A stretch of 64,000 nucleotides of DNA from contig CAYQVD010000005.1 of assembly GCA_964421125.1 (NCBI GenBank), positions 867 to 64,866 on the forward strand, read 5' to 3'. Shown one piece after another: positions 9,598-19,002 of the stretch (within the stretch, counting starts at the first letter, position 1; each line of letters opens with the position of its first letter). The notes below the pieces were generated by a model. The model saw only the letters and a program-made list of their open reading frames with translations, ran no database searches and was not told the DNA's origin. The position numbers and the translations under genes were made by a program. The stretch is from an uncultured Bdellovibrionales bacterium. Its GTDB lineage: Bacteria > Patescibacteriota > Minisyncoccia > Moranbacterales > DUUL01.

Positions 9598-10748
9598 TGA
9601 AAAAAAAAACAAAAAATAAAAAGGTTCTTTTTTATACTCGGCCACTTTCGCCCCCGTGGGACGAAGCATCAAAAAATCTGGCATTTGAAATAATCAAAAA
9701 TTCAACAGGGAGGATTAGGTGCCTTCCATTGACAACAAGTGACACTGCCCATTTTAACAATCTTTCTCAAGCCAAAGTCAGCCCAGAAGAAATCTACACT
9801 TCAAATTCAATGAAGTTTAATTTTATTGAGAAAATGCAATTGTTAAAAAGGTTGTATAGATTCTCTCTAAAAACAGATATTATTCACTTTATGTTCACCC
9901 CAAGATCTCTTACTTCATTCTTAATTAGATTTCGCTTATTCTTTTCAAAAGTTAAAACTATTCAAACAGTTGCCACCATCAGCGATGAATTAATCGCCAA
10001 GAAAAGAAAATTGAAGAAGACTCTTTTTGCAAACACTGTTGTAGTGCAATCTGAAAACACCAAAAAAAAGCTTGAGAAAAACGGCTTCAAAAATGTAAAA
10101 CTAATTTACCCAGGAATTGATTTGGAAAAATATCAACCAACCGAAAAAGATCCAAAACTTCTTAAATATTTTAACCTAACTACTAATGATTTTATTGTTT
10201 TATTCGCTGGAGAGTACACTCGTCTCAAAGCGATAGATGACATCATTAAATCCTTTGAGAAAATTTACCAAAAAGATGATCAAATAAAACTTATTCTTGC
10301 CTGCCGAATTAAATCGAAAGAAGATACTCAAAAGAAAAAAGAAGTTCAATCTAGATTAAAAGAAAAAGACTTAACCGATCGAGTAATCCTTATAGACACC
10401 TTTGAAAATATGCCAGCCCTTTTCAATCTTTCCGATATCAATATTTTTCCTGTTCGAGAGATGATTGGAAAATTTGATATTCCTCTCGCCGTTGCTGAAC
10501 CCATGGCTTGTAAAAAACCAGTAATTGTCTCAAATATTCCAGTACTAGAAGAATTTGTTAAAAACAATGAAACAGGAATTGTTATTGAAAAACAAAATCC
10601 AGATCAACTTTCCAACGCAATTCTCGATCTCAAAAATAATCCAGAAAAAATGAATATGCTCGGTGAAAAAGCCATGAAGTTTACAAGAGAAAATCTTGAT
10701 ATCCATCAAATCGCCAAAAAATATGAAGATATTTATTTATCTTTGTGA
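9597..10748 (+). CDS. GT4/GT1-family glycosyltransferase
   Basis: The C-terminal GT-B nucleotide-sugar-binding region AEPMACKKPVIVSNIPVLEEFVKNNETGIVIE is present. Confidence 0.6.
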   Translation: MKKKTKNKKVLFYTRPLSPPWDEASKNLAFEIIKNSTGRIRCLPLTTSDTAHFNNLSQAKVSPEEIYTSNSMKFNFIEKMQLLKRLYRFSLKTDIIHFMFTPRSLTSFLIRFRLFFSKVKTIQTVATISDELIAKKRKLKKTLFANTVVVQSENTKKKLEKNGFKNVKLIYPGIDLEKYQPTEKDPKLLKYFNLTTNDFIVLFAGEYTRLKAIDDIIKSFEKIYQKDDQIKLILACRIKSKEDTQKKKEVQSRLKEKDLTDRVILIDTFENMPALFNLSDINIFPVREMIGKFDIPLAVAEPMACKKPVIVSNIPVLEEFVKNNETGIVIEKQNPDQLSNAILDLKNNPEKMNMLGEKAMKFTRENLDIHQIAKKYEDIYLSL

Positions 10749-10839
10749 TATAATGAATACGAAAAATAAAAAAGTTAGGAGAAAACATATTACCTAAAAC
10801 TTCACTCACAGCTCTAAATTAAAAAATAAACAAATTAAT

Positions 10840-12330
10840 ATGCTAAAAATTACAAAAGAAAATGAATACAAGCAAGTGGTTAATCCAACTGGAAAGCAAA
10901 AAGCCCCAGTAGTTTTTCATGTGTCAGATGAGCTAATGCCTAATGAATCCACTATTGAAAAACTTGTTAAAGTTGCATCAAATGAACATATCTTTCATCA
11001 TACTGCTGCCCTAGCTGATGTTCATCAAAAACCAGGAAGAAAGAATCCTTCTGGAACAGTAGTTGCCACAGAAAAATATTTTCTACCACAGCTCCTTGAT
11101 ACTGCTCCAAACTGCGGAATGAGATTAATTAAAACTCCTTTCAGTGAAGAAGATTTAAATAAAAAGCAAATCGATGAAATGTTCAAAAAATTTGTTGAAG
11201 TCGTGCCAACTAAAAAATATATTGGTAACTACATTCCATTAAAAACAGTTTTAGATATTTGCCAACGTGGGTCATCTGCAGTTCTTGAACATTTAGGCAA
11301 AGACGCTTCTGACGCAGAAAACATGCTAATGAATGGAAATATGTTTGAAGATGAGAAAATTAGTAAGAAAGATCTCTATACTGCCCTCCCACCAATGTTT
11401 TATCGCTTTGGGCAATTCCGACTTGGAATTCTTGGAGCTGCTGGAAATCACTTTCTAGATTTAATGAAAATTACTGACATTCTTGATGAATCAATGGCTA
11501 AAAAATTTGGAGTCAAAAAAGGTCAATATGTTTTTTTAGTTCATACTGGATCGGGACTAATTGGTCAATATGCAAGTTATTTTTATACTCCCAAAAGAAA
11601 AGAACATTTGAGTCAAAAAATAATTTCGGGACTTGGAAGAATATCATTTCTTGGAAACAAAAAAGATTGGCACAAAAAATTAAAAACGGACCTTCCCATC
11701 TACAAAGACAAAGATGAATTTTATGCCATTGATAGTCAATCAGAATTAGGAAAAAATTACTATACTGCCCACAGAGCTGCCGGAAATTTTGGCTTTGCCA
11801 ATCGAGACTTCATTCAACACAACATGGAAAAAGCGATTAAGAAGGTTATCGGAAAAGAAAACGTTCTCGAATTACTCTATGACATGTCTCATGTTTACGT
11901 AAATAAAGAGAACCACTATGGAAAGGATGTTTTAGTTCATCGTTCAAACACCACTCGAGCCTTTGGCCCTTCCAAAATGCAAGGGACAAAATTCGCCGAA
12001 ACTGGAGAGCCAATTTTCATGCCATCTTCAATGAGCACCTCTGCTTATTTTGGAGTAGCTACTGAAGAAAACGAGTCAACTTTCCGATCAGCTGCTCACG
12101 GAACCGGAAAAGCAAAAGAGAAAACTTCCAATGTTCCTCAAAATAAAGAAGAATTATTCAAGAAAATGGAAGAGCGCAATGTAAAACTTTATAATGCCGC
12201 ATCAAAAGAAGTAATCAATCAAGACGCCTCCAACTACAAAGATCCTGATAAGGCCCTTGCTGGTATGGAAGCCAATAAAATAATTAAAACAGTGGCAAAA
12301 ATGCAACCAGTAGCAGTTTTAATGTATTAA
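10840..12330 (+). CDS. rtcB: RtcB-family RNA 3'-phosphate ligase
   Basis: ALADVHQKPGRKNPSGTVVAT...TAPNCGMRL corresponds to the RtcB PDVHxGxG...GxDIGCGM metal site. HTGSGLIG and AAHGTGK motifs are also present. Confidence 0.7.
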   Translation: MLKITKENEYKQVVNPTGKQKAPVVFHVSDELMPNESTIEKLVKVASNEHIFHHTAALADVHQKPGRKNPSGTVVATEKYFLPQLLDTAPNCGMRLIKTPFSEEDLNKKQIDEMFKKFVEVVPTKKYIGNYIPLKTVLDICQRGSSAVLEHLGKDASDAENMLMNGNMFEDEKISKKDLYTALPPMFYRFGQFRLGILGAAGNHFLDLMKITDILDESMAKKFGVKKGQYVFLVHTGSGLIGQYASYFYTPKRKEHLSQKIISGLGRISFLGNKKDWHKKLKTDLPIYKDKDEFYAIDSQSELGKNYYTAHRAAGNFGFANRDFIQHNMEKAIKKVIGKENVLELLYDMSHVYVNKENHYGKDVLVHRSNTTRAFGPSKMQGTKFAETGEPIFMPSSMSTSAYFGVATEENESTFRSAAHGTGKAKEKTSNVPQNKEELFKKMEERNVKLYNAASKEVINQDASNYKDPDKALAGMEANKIIKTVAKMQPVAVLMY

Positions 12331-12366
12331 ATCCCCCCCCCACAGCCCTAATTAATACACACCTTT

Positions 12367-12448
12367 AAATTTGAAGTAATGTATTTTCAAGTGTCAGGCC
12401 ATTCCTATGGAATTTTGGGAGAAAATATGTTATTCCAAATTTAAAAAA
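12367..12448 (+). repeat. ~80-bp inverted-repeat (MITE-like) element, copy 1
   Basis: ~85% identical to 13099-13180. Terminal inverted repeats are AAATTTGAAGTAA ... TTATTCCAAATTT. It is intergenic between rtcB and the kinase gene. Confidence 0.7.
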
Positions 12449-12471
12449 GTTCAGTACAATAAAAAAATAAT

Positions 12472-13089
12472 ATGAAGATAATCACAATATCTGGATTAGA
12501 TGGATCTGGAAAATCGACTCAATTAAAAATACTTAAAGAAAATTTAACCCAAAAAGGTTATCAAGTTTTTGATTTTCACATGATTGACTTTTCAATTGCC
12601 AATAAACTTCTTGGCAAAAAGCAAGAAAAAGATGAGAATGAAATAAAAAAACCTAAAGCAAAAATTAAAACAGGCTTTTTTGGAATCGCCTTCAGAAAAA
12701 TTGCCTTACTAATTGATCTTAAAAGATTTAAAAAATTAATTCAAAAAATGAGCCAGGAAAACAAGATTGATTTCCTGATCACTGATAGATATTTCTACGA
12801 TCAAATCATTAATATTATATATCTAGAAAAGTCATTACCAGAAGGAAACAAATACTGGAAAAAATGGTCTGAAAAATTAATCACGAATCCAGATCACAAA
12901 ATATACCTAGAATTAGCTCCATCAATCATTATTGAAAGAAATAAAGATATTGAACAAGGTTTTGATTATTTTAATGATAAAAACAATCTCTATAAACAAC
13001 TGAGTAAAAAATGGGAATTAAATATTATCAATGCAGACGACACTATTGAAAATATTCAAGAAAAAATTAATGATTTAATTTCAAGCTAA
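12472..13089 (+). CDS. P-loop nucleoside/nucleotide kinase (thymidylate-kinase-like fold)
   Basis: The N-terminal motif ITISGLDGSGKSTQ resembles dTMP-kinase/deoxynucleoside-kinase P-loops. 205 aa. The gene is flanked on both sides by the 80-bp repeat. Confidence 0.5.
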   Translation: MKIITISGLDGSGKSTQLKILKENLTQKGYQVFDFHMIDFSIANKLLGKKQEKDENEIKKPKAKIKTGFFGIAFRKIALLIDLKRFKKLIQKMSQENKIDFLITDRYFYDQIINIIYLEKSLPEGNKYWKKWSEKLITNPDHKIYLELAPSIIIERNKDIEQGFDYFNDKNNLYKQLSKKWELNIINADDTIENIQEKINDLISS

Positions 13090-13098
13090 CTTTAATTT

Positions 13099-13180
13099 AA
13101 ATTTGGAATAATGTATTTTCGAGTGTCAGACCATTCCTATGGGATTTTGGGAAAAAATATGTCATTCCAAATTTAAAAAA
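13099..13180 (+). repeat. ~80-bp inverted-repeat (MITE-like) element, copy 2
   Basis: Direct repeat of 12367-12448, with terminal inverted repeats AAATTTGGAATAA ... TCATTCCAAATTT. Confidence 0.7.
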
Positions 13181-13218
13181 TCTCTCAAATATAATAATCC
13201 CAAATAAATTTACTGAAC

Positions 13219-14715
13219 ATGTCTAGTCTAATTAAAATCTCGCTTTGGCTTTCCCTTTCTGAATTAGCCTTCAATTTCTCAGGATACATAATCCATGCTC
13301 TTCTTGGGCGAACCTTGGGACCAGCTGACTATGGACGCTTCAGTCTTGTTATTGTATTTGCTACCATGATTGTTATTCTTATTGGAAGAGGAGTTCCCAT
13401 CGCAATGAATAAATATCTTAGTGAAATCAAAATTGATCAAAAAAACCCAGAAAGCAAAACGAGATTTTTTGAAATAAAACAAGCCTCAATGATCCTGCAA
13501 CTTGTTATTATTGCGACTTTTACTTCAGTTTACTTTTTTGCCTCTCCATATATTGCCATCTTATTAAAAGATGAAAGCTTAACTCCCCTTTTCCAGCTTT
13601 CATCCTTGATTATCCCAGCCTTTGGCCTAGCAAGTTTTTACGTTTATTATTACACTGGGATTCAACACTTCAATAAACAAGCTTTTCTGAAATTCTTTAG
13701 AGCCTCAGCAAAAATCTTACTAATTGTTGGACTTGCTTGCTTATTCAACGTCAAAGGAGCAATTATTGGACAAGCAACTGCTCCATTTCTAGTTTTCTTA
13801 ATTGCGATTTTCATGGATCCATTTAAAATGTTTAAAGAAAAACAAATTAAAGTTTCATCCAATAAAAAAACTTACAAAAAACTATTTGATTTTGCTTGGG
13901 TTATCATCTTCTTCCTGATTTTTTATGAATTGATGATTTCAATCGACTTGTATTTAGTCAAAGCAATCCTCCAAGATGATGCCTTGACTGGAGTATATAA
14001 CGCTGCTTTAACTGTTGGAAGAATTCCTTATTACGCATTTTATTTCCTAACCATTATCCTATTACCAAAAACATCTCAGTTAATTACTGAGGGATCTAAA
14101 GATAAAATTCAAAAGCTTTTACAAAGCTCCTTTAAATTTCTCTTTATGTTCATTTTTCCCGTTGTAACAATAACAGCTCTTTTTGCCGACCCAGCTATCA
14201 GATTCTTCTATGGCAACCAATACCGACTTGGAGCTCCTTCTCTGGAAATTTTAATATTTGGATTTGGATTCCTAACCGTTTTCTATGTTCTTACTTTTGT
14301 TCTCAATGGTGCTGGCAAAAACAAAATTCCATTATTCATCTCAATTTTAGGAGCAACTCTAAATGCTATACTAAACTATATATTCATTCAAAAATATGGT
14401 CTGATTGGATCAGCTATTGCAACAACAATAACTTCATTTATTGTTATGATAATTGCACTTATCTATACCAACAAAACAATCACAAGATTCATTCAGCCAA
14501 TCTCTCTCTTGAAATATTTCGTTGCTAGTATTGCAATCTATCTCATTGGTCAATTAGATTTTTTTACTCAAGGAAAATATATATTTATTCTCTGGTCTTT
14601 TATTCTTCTTGTAATTTATCTTTTAATTCTATTCCTTCTCGGAGAAATCAAGAAGGATGATTTACAATTTATAATAAAAGCTTTCAGAAAAAATAAAATA
14701 ATAAATGAAAGCTAA
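13219..14715 (+). CDS. Polysaccharide-biosynthesis/MOP-superfamily flippase (Wzx/MurJ-like)
   Basis: 498 aa with ~12-14 predicted hydrophobic helices. The N-terminus is typical of PF01943-like oligosaccharide flippases. Confidence 0.6.
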   Translation: MSSLIKISLWLSLSELAFNFSGYIIHALLGRTLGPADYGRFSLVIVFATMIVILIGRGVPIAMNKYLSEIKIDQKNPESKTRFFEIKQASMILQLVIIATFTSVYFFASPYIAILLKDESLTPLFQLSSLIIPAFGLASFYVYYYTGIQHFNKQAFLKFFRASAKILLIVGLACLFNVKGAIIGQATAPFLVFLIAIFMDPFKMFKEKQIKVSSNKKTYKKLFDFAWVIIFFLIFYELMISIDLYLVKAILQDDALTGVYNAALTVGRIPYYAFYFLTIILLPKTSQLITEGSKDKIQKLLQSSFKFLFMFIFPVVTITALFADPAIRFFYGNQYRLGAPSLEILIFGFGFLTVFYVLTFVLNGAGKNKIPLFISILGATLNAILNYIFIQKYGLIGSAIATTITSFIVMIIALIYTNKTITRFIQPISLLKYFVASIAIYLIGQLDFFTQGKYIFILWSFILLVIYLLILFLLGEIKKDDLQFIIKAFRKNKIINES

Positions 14716-14742
14716 TTAATAAATAATAATTAAATTAAAACA

Positions 14743-15810
14743 ATGAAAAGCAATCTCAATGTATTATTCCTATTCGTAACCATCGTTCTTGTTGGAACTT
14801 TGACTTATTTTATCTTGAAACCATTTCTAATGCCCCTATTTCTAGCATTCGTTATTTACCAACTTTTTAAAAAGTGGTACAAAAAACTTAATAAAAAACT
14901 CAACGGAAAACCAGTTATTGCATCAATTTTGATGTGTTTCTTTCTGTTTTTTATCTTAGCGATTCCATTCCTGATAACAACAGGCTTAGTAGCCAAAGAA
15001 GCCTCCGATCTTTATCAAAAAATTCAAATTACAGACTGGCAACCGTACATAACATCAATTTCAAATATTCCTTTAATAGATAATCTTGGAGTGAATCTAG
15101 AAAATTTTGATCTTAAAAATATATCATTAGATAATTCTCAAAAAATTGCTCAAGGAACACAAAATATTGGTGGATTTATTTTTACCGTAGTAAAATCAAT
15201 CTATCAAGAAACTTCGCATACATTATTCATGATTTTTGTTTTATTTTTTACTCTGTACTACTTATTCAAAGATGGAGAGAAGATTATTAAAAAAATAATG
15301 GATCTCAGCCCTCTTAAGAATAAAGAAGAATACAAACTACTTGATAATTTCGTTAGAATTTCGAAAGCCACGCTAAAAGGATCTCTTGTCATTGCAATTA
15401 TTCAGGGAATTCTAATGACATTAATTTTCTGGATCGCTGGAGTTTCGTCGCCAGTTCTTTGGGGAGCAATAACAGTTCTGGTCTCCCTTATTCCAGTCAT
15501 TGGCGCTATTCTTGTTTGGCTTCCAGTCGGAATCATCATGTTCTTCATGGGTTTCCTCTGGCAGGCAATTGTTATTTTCATCTTCGGTGCTGTTGTCATC
15601 AGTAGCGTCGATAACATCCTAAGACCAAAACTTGTTGGGGATGAATCAAGTCTTCACCCAGTCCTAGTCTTCTTCTCAACAATAGGAGGACTTGCCCTTT
15701 TTGGAATTTCAGGTTTTCTGCTTGGACCAGTAATTATTGTCTTATTTTTATCCTTATTAGATATATACAAAGGTGAGTTCAAGGGAGAACTTAAAAAATT
15801 TAATCAATAA
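14743..15810 (+). CDS. AI-2E family (PerM/UPF0118) transporter
   Basis: 355 aa membrane protein. The C-terminal conserved stretch NILRPKLVGDESSLHPVLVFFSTIGGLALFGISGFLLGPVI is present. Confidence 0.6.
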   Translation: MKSNLNVLFLFVTIVLVGTLTYFILKPFLMPLFLAFVIYQLFKKWYKKLNKKLNGKPVIASILMCFFLFFILAIPFLITTGLVAKEASDLYQKIQITDWQPYITSISNIPLIDNLGVNLENFDLKNISLDNSQKIAQGTQNIGGFIFTVVKSIYQETSHTLFMIFVLFFTLYYLFKDGEKIIKKIMDLSPLKNKEEYKLLDNFVRISKATLKGSLVIAIIQGILMTLIFWIAGVSSPVLWGAITVLVSLIPVIGAILVWLPVGIIMFFMGFLWQAIVIFIFGAVVISSVDNILRPKLVGDESSLHPVLVFFSTIGGLALFGISGFLLGPVIIVLFLSLLDIYKGEFKGELKKFNQ

Positions 15811-15831
15811 ATCAATAATTCCTTTGGTATA

Positions 15832-15866
15832 AAAAAAACAAAAGCGCCTCTAGAGAGGCGTTTTTG
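15832..15866. terminator. Bidirectional rho-independent terminator (CGCCTC-TAGA-GAGGCG) between convergent genes
   Basis: A-run, a 6-7 bp GC stem at 15844-15860, and a T-run. Confidence 0.65.
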
Positions 15867-15889
15867 TTGAAAAACTAAGATTATAAATA

Positions 15890-16411
15890 TTAATTAAAAA
15901 GTTCTTCAATCACTCGGTCTTTACAATTTTCTCTTAAGCGACTGTCTAATATGCTATTGCATATTCCAGAATTTTTTTCACTTATTGCTTGATTCTTATA
16001 GCAGACGTCCTTTAAAAAATTATTAGTTAGGTTTTCACAATCTGATGACTGAGATTCTCCACCATTAAGACCACAAATTTCCAGACAATAATTATAATCA
16101 TCGGTGTTCTTTTTGTCTTCGCATTTATTATCACAATGATTCTGCAAAATATCTAGCAATTCTTGATTTCTTTCTCCTCCTGCAACGTCTTCAATGGTTT
16201 TATTGTCATCTTCATCTTCGCTTAACTGATCTCCATCAGTATCACCTCTCTCTATCAAATTACCACCATTCTCCTCTTGATTCTCACTATTATCATTGTA
16301 TATCTCATAAAGATCATCTCCCTGGAAAAAATAATCATGCCTATTTTGCCAAAGATAAAAACCCCCTCCAATCAAAATCAGTATTATAATTAAATAAATA
16401 AGCTTTTTCAT
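15890..16411 (-). CDS. Hypothetical secreted protein with an N-terminal anchor, an acidic linker and a Cys-rich C-terminal domain
   Basis: 173 aa. The N-terminus LIYLIIILILIGGGFYLW is hydrophobic. The C-terminal half contains 10 Cys. Confidence 0.45.
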   Translation of the reverse strand: MKKLIYLIIILILIGGGFYLWQNRHDYFFQGDDLYEIYNDNSENQEENGGNLIERGDTDGDQLSEDEDDNKTIEDVAGGERNQELLDILQNHCDNKCEDKKNTDDYNYCLEICGLNGGESQSSDCENLTNNFLKDVCYKNQAISEKNSGICNSILDSRLRENCKDRVIEELFN

Positions 16412-16496
16412 GTTATTTTTAATTTAATATTCTTTTCTATATTATAACAAAAAACATAAAATTCGTCACTATTTAAAATTATTCACAACACAAGGC

Positions 16497-16524
16497 TTGT
16501 TTAAATTTCAAAATAATCTATAAT
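16497..16524 (+). promoter_or_regulatory. Sigma70-like promoter TTGTTT-N16-TATAAT upstream of the PAP2-like gene
   Basis: -35 at 16497-16502 and a perfect -10 TATAAT at 16519-16524, 32 nt upstream of the ATG. Confidence 0.5.
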
Positions 16525-16555
16525 TTAAATAAGCTTAATAAATATTGATATAAAA

Positions 16556-16987
16556 ATGGAAAACTTAATTATAATTCTAATTCCAGCTTTCGTAGCAATA
16601 ATAACACAAACAACGAAGTTTATTATTTTCAGCTTCAAAAATGGATTCAAATGGGAATATGCCTTTACTCATGGTCATATGCCGTCATCTCATAGTGCTT
16701 TTGCAATATCGCTAGTTATCATAATTGGCTATCTGGAAACAATTTCCTCTGGGTCTTTTGCTATTGCTATGGCCCTAGCAATAATCATCATTGATGATGC
16801 CCTAAGACTTCGAATGTATCTTGGAGATCAAGGACGTTATTTGAACATGCTTGTAGAAAACTTAAACCTAGACATCAGCAAATATCCTCGACTAAAAGAA
16901 AGAGTTGGTCATAGAACTTCCGAAGTAATTGTCGGTTTAATCTACGGAGCAGTACTTTCCTTTATCTTTCTCTATCTTTTTAGTTAA
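16556..16987 (+). CDS. Divergent PAP2 family membrane protein (PF02681-like)
   Basis: The GHMPSSHSAF motif is characteristic of the divergent PAP2 family. 143 aa with 3-4 predicted hydrophobic helices. Confidence 0.65.
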   Translation: MENLIIILIPAFVAIITQTTKFIIFSFKNGFKWEYAFTHGHMPSSHSAFAISLVIIIGYLETISSGSFAIAMALAIIIIDDALRLRMYLGDQGRYLNMLVENLNLDISKYPRLKERVGHRTSEVIVGLIYGAVLSFIFLYLFS

Positions 16988-17001
16988 AAATAATTTTTGC
17001 T

Positions 17002-17040
17002 TAAAAAACAGAGGTGAGACAATCTAGCTCTGTTTTTTTG
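17002..17040. terminator. Bidirectional terminator hairpin (CAGAGG...CTCTG) between convergent genes
   Basis: AAAAAA, then a stem at 17009-17032, then TTTTTTT. Confidence 0.55.
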
Positions 17041-17099
17041 CTAGAGTGAGTTTGTAACCTATTCTTTGTTGAATTTTAATTATAAAAAAGATCTCTATT

Positions 17100-17621
17100 T
17101 TATCTCAAAGGAAAATCTGCCTTTTTTATTTTTTTCTCAAAAAAATCAAGGTGCCCACAACCAGTTAAAATCAAAACTACCCCATCAGGTATAATCTTTT
17201 TTTTGATATTATTCAACATTTCTTCTTCTCTTATAAAATTAGCCGCGGAATCAATGAATTTCTTCTCTGCTAAACTATTTATTTTATTAAAAATTTCTTT
17301 CTTATTAAAATCTTTCCAATTAAATTTATTTAAAACAGGCTTCTGCTGGTCGATAATTTTTTGATTTTTACTCGCAGAAAAGCCTCCTTTAAATATATCT
17401 ATTTCAGAATCAAATCCACTTAACTCAACTTTTTTACTTCTAGCCCAGTTTAAAGCAAAAATCATTTCTTGAGGATATTTCTCTAGATAGTTTTTATTTA
17501 TATCACCTTGATAAATTTCAACAAAAATTTGATTGGGGCTATAAAAATTTAGAATTTCCTCTAATTCTTTTTTCGGCGTATATTCTCCATGCAAAGTTCC
17601 AATAATTACAATTTTTTGCAT
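17100..17621 (-). CDS. Hypothetical protein
   Basis: 173 aa ORF with consistent codon usage. I recognise no family. Confidence 0.4.
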   Translation of the reverse strand: MQKIVIIGTLHGEYTPKKELEEILNFYSPNQIFVEIYQGDINKNYLEKYPQEMIFALNWARSKKVELSGFDSEIDIFKGGFSASKNQKIIDQQKPVLNKFNWKDFNKKEIFNKINSLAEKKFIDSAANFIREEEMLNNIKKKIIPDGVVLILTGCGHLDFFEKKIKKADFPLR

Positions 17622-17671
17622 TTAATTTTCTTGCTAAAACAAGCTTACATTCCAATTCATTGATTTAATAA

Positions 17672-18994
17672 CTATAAAATCCTCAAAATTTCCTCAATAA
17701 CTTTCTTATCATTCCATGGAATTTTTTTATCACCAACCATCATTGACTCTTCTGCTCCTTTCCCTGTCACTAAAACAATATCACCAAATTTTGCCATTTT
17801 CAAAGCTTTTTTAATTGCTTCTTTTCTGTCCATAATAATCCAAAAATTTTCATCTTTTATTCTATTCTCAATCCCCCTAGAAATTTCTTCAATAATTTGA
17901 TTCGGATCTTCATGATAAGGATCTTCGTTAGTTAAAATAATGAAGTCTGCATAATTAGAAGCAATCTTCCCCATAATTGGTCTTTTTCCTCGATCACGAT
18001 CTCCACAACTTCCAAAAACCCAAAAAACTTTAGACTCATTTTTATCTGCTAAATCTCTAACTATTTCTCCAACTTTTTCCATTGAGTCAGGTGTTAAAGC
18101 ATAATCAACAATCACTGAAATCCCAGCATCATTTTTCACATATTCCATTCTTCCAGGAATTTGTTTAATCTTAAATAATCCATTTTTAATTTTATCAAGT
18201 TCTATTCCCTGCGACAAACCAACACAAATTGCTGCTAAAGCATTTTCTATATTAAATTTACCAGCTAAATTTAAATCAATCTTATTTTTATTAACAATAA
18301 AACTAGTGCTTGATATTTTTTCTTCGATATCGCATGCAACTATATTAGTAGCACTCCCCACCTCTCCCTTAGGGATTTCCATCGAATAACTATATTTCAA
18401 ATCAACTTTGTGCCTTAAAAAATTTTCAAAAAATTCATTTTCCAAGTTAACCACTGAAACTTTAGGAATTTTCCTGCTAGACATTTTATTAAACCAAAAA
18501 CGTTTTTCATTAAGAATTGCAAATAATTTTTCTTTTGCCACGCTATAATTTTTCATATCTTTATGATAGTCAAGATGTTCTCGTGTCACATTCGTCAATA
18601 CTGCCACATCGAAATCAATTCCCCAAGTTCTATTTTGATCAAGAGCATGCGAAGAAGTTTCTAAAATAATATATTCACAACCAGCCCGAACCGCTTTATG
18701 TATAAATTTTTGTACTTGCCAAGAAGAAAGCGTGGTAAATTTTGTTTTATTTACTTGTTCCTTATCTCCGATACGAAAATTGATAGTAGAGCTAACTGCT
18801 ACTTTTGATCCATCTTCTTCTAAGACCTTTCCAATCATTTGAGTTGTAGTAGTTTTTCCATTTGTTCCCGTTACTCCAACTACAATTAAATTCCGAGAAG
18901 AAAAACCAAAGTAAAAATTAGCAACAACCGCTTTGCATAAATGAAATATATTTTTAAATCCCTGCGGAATCATTTTTTTAAATTTATGTAACAT
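17672..18994 (-). CDS. murE: Mur ligase family protein, MurE-like
   Basis: P-loop VGVTGTNGKTTTT, central VDYALTPDS (cf. the MurE DYAHTPDAL motif), and C-terminal DPNQ (cf. DNPR). The N-terminal domain is shorter than in canonical MurE. Confidence 0.6.
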   Translation of the reverse strand: MLHKFKKMIPQGFKNIFHLCKAVVANFYFGFSSRNLIVVGVTGTNGKTTTTQMIGKVLEEDGSKVAVSSTINFRIGDKEQVNKTKFTTLSSWQVQKFIHKAVRAGCEYIILETSSHALDQNRTWGIDFDVAVLTNVTREHLDYHKDMKNYSVAKEKLFAILNEKRFWFNKMSSRKIPKVSVVNLENEFFENFLRHKVDLKYSYSMEIPKGEVGSATNIVACDIEEKISSTSFIVNKNKIDLNLAGKFNIENALAAICVGLSQGIELDKIKNGLFKIKQIPGRMEYVKNDAGISVIVDYALTPDSMEKVGEIVRDLADKNESKVFWVFGSCGDRDRGKRPIMGKIASNYADFIILTNEDPYHEDPNQIIEEISRGIENRIKDENFWIIMDRKEAIKKALKMAKFGDIVLVTGKGAEESMMVGDKKIPWNDKKVIEEILRIL

Positions 18995-19002
18995 TTTTAA
19001 GA

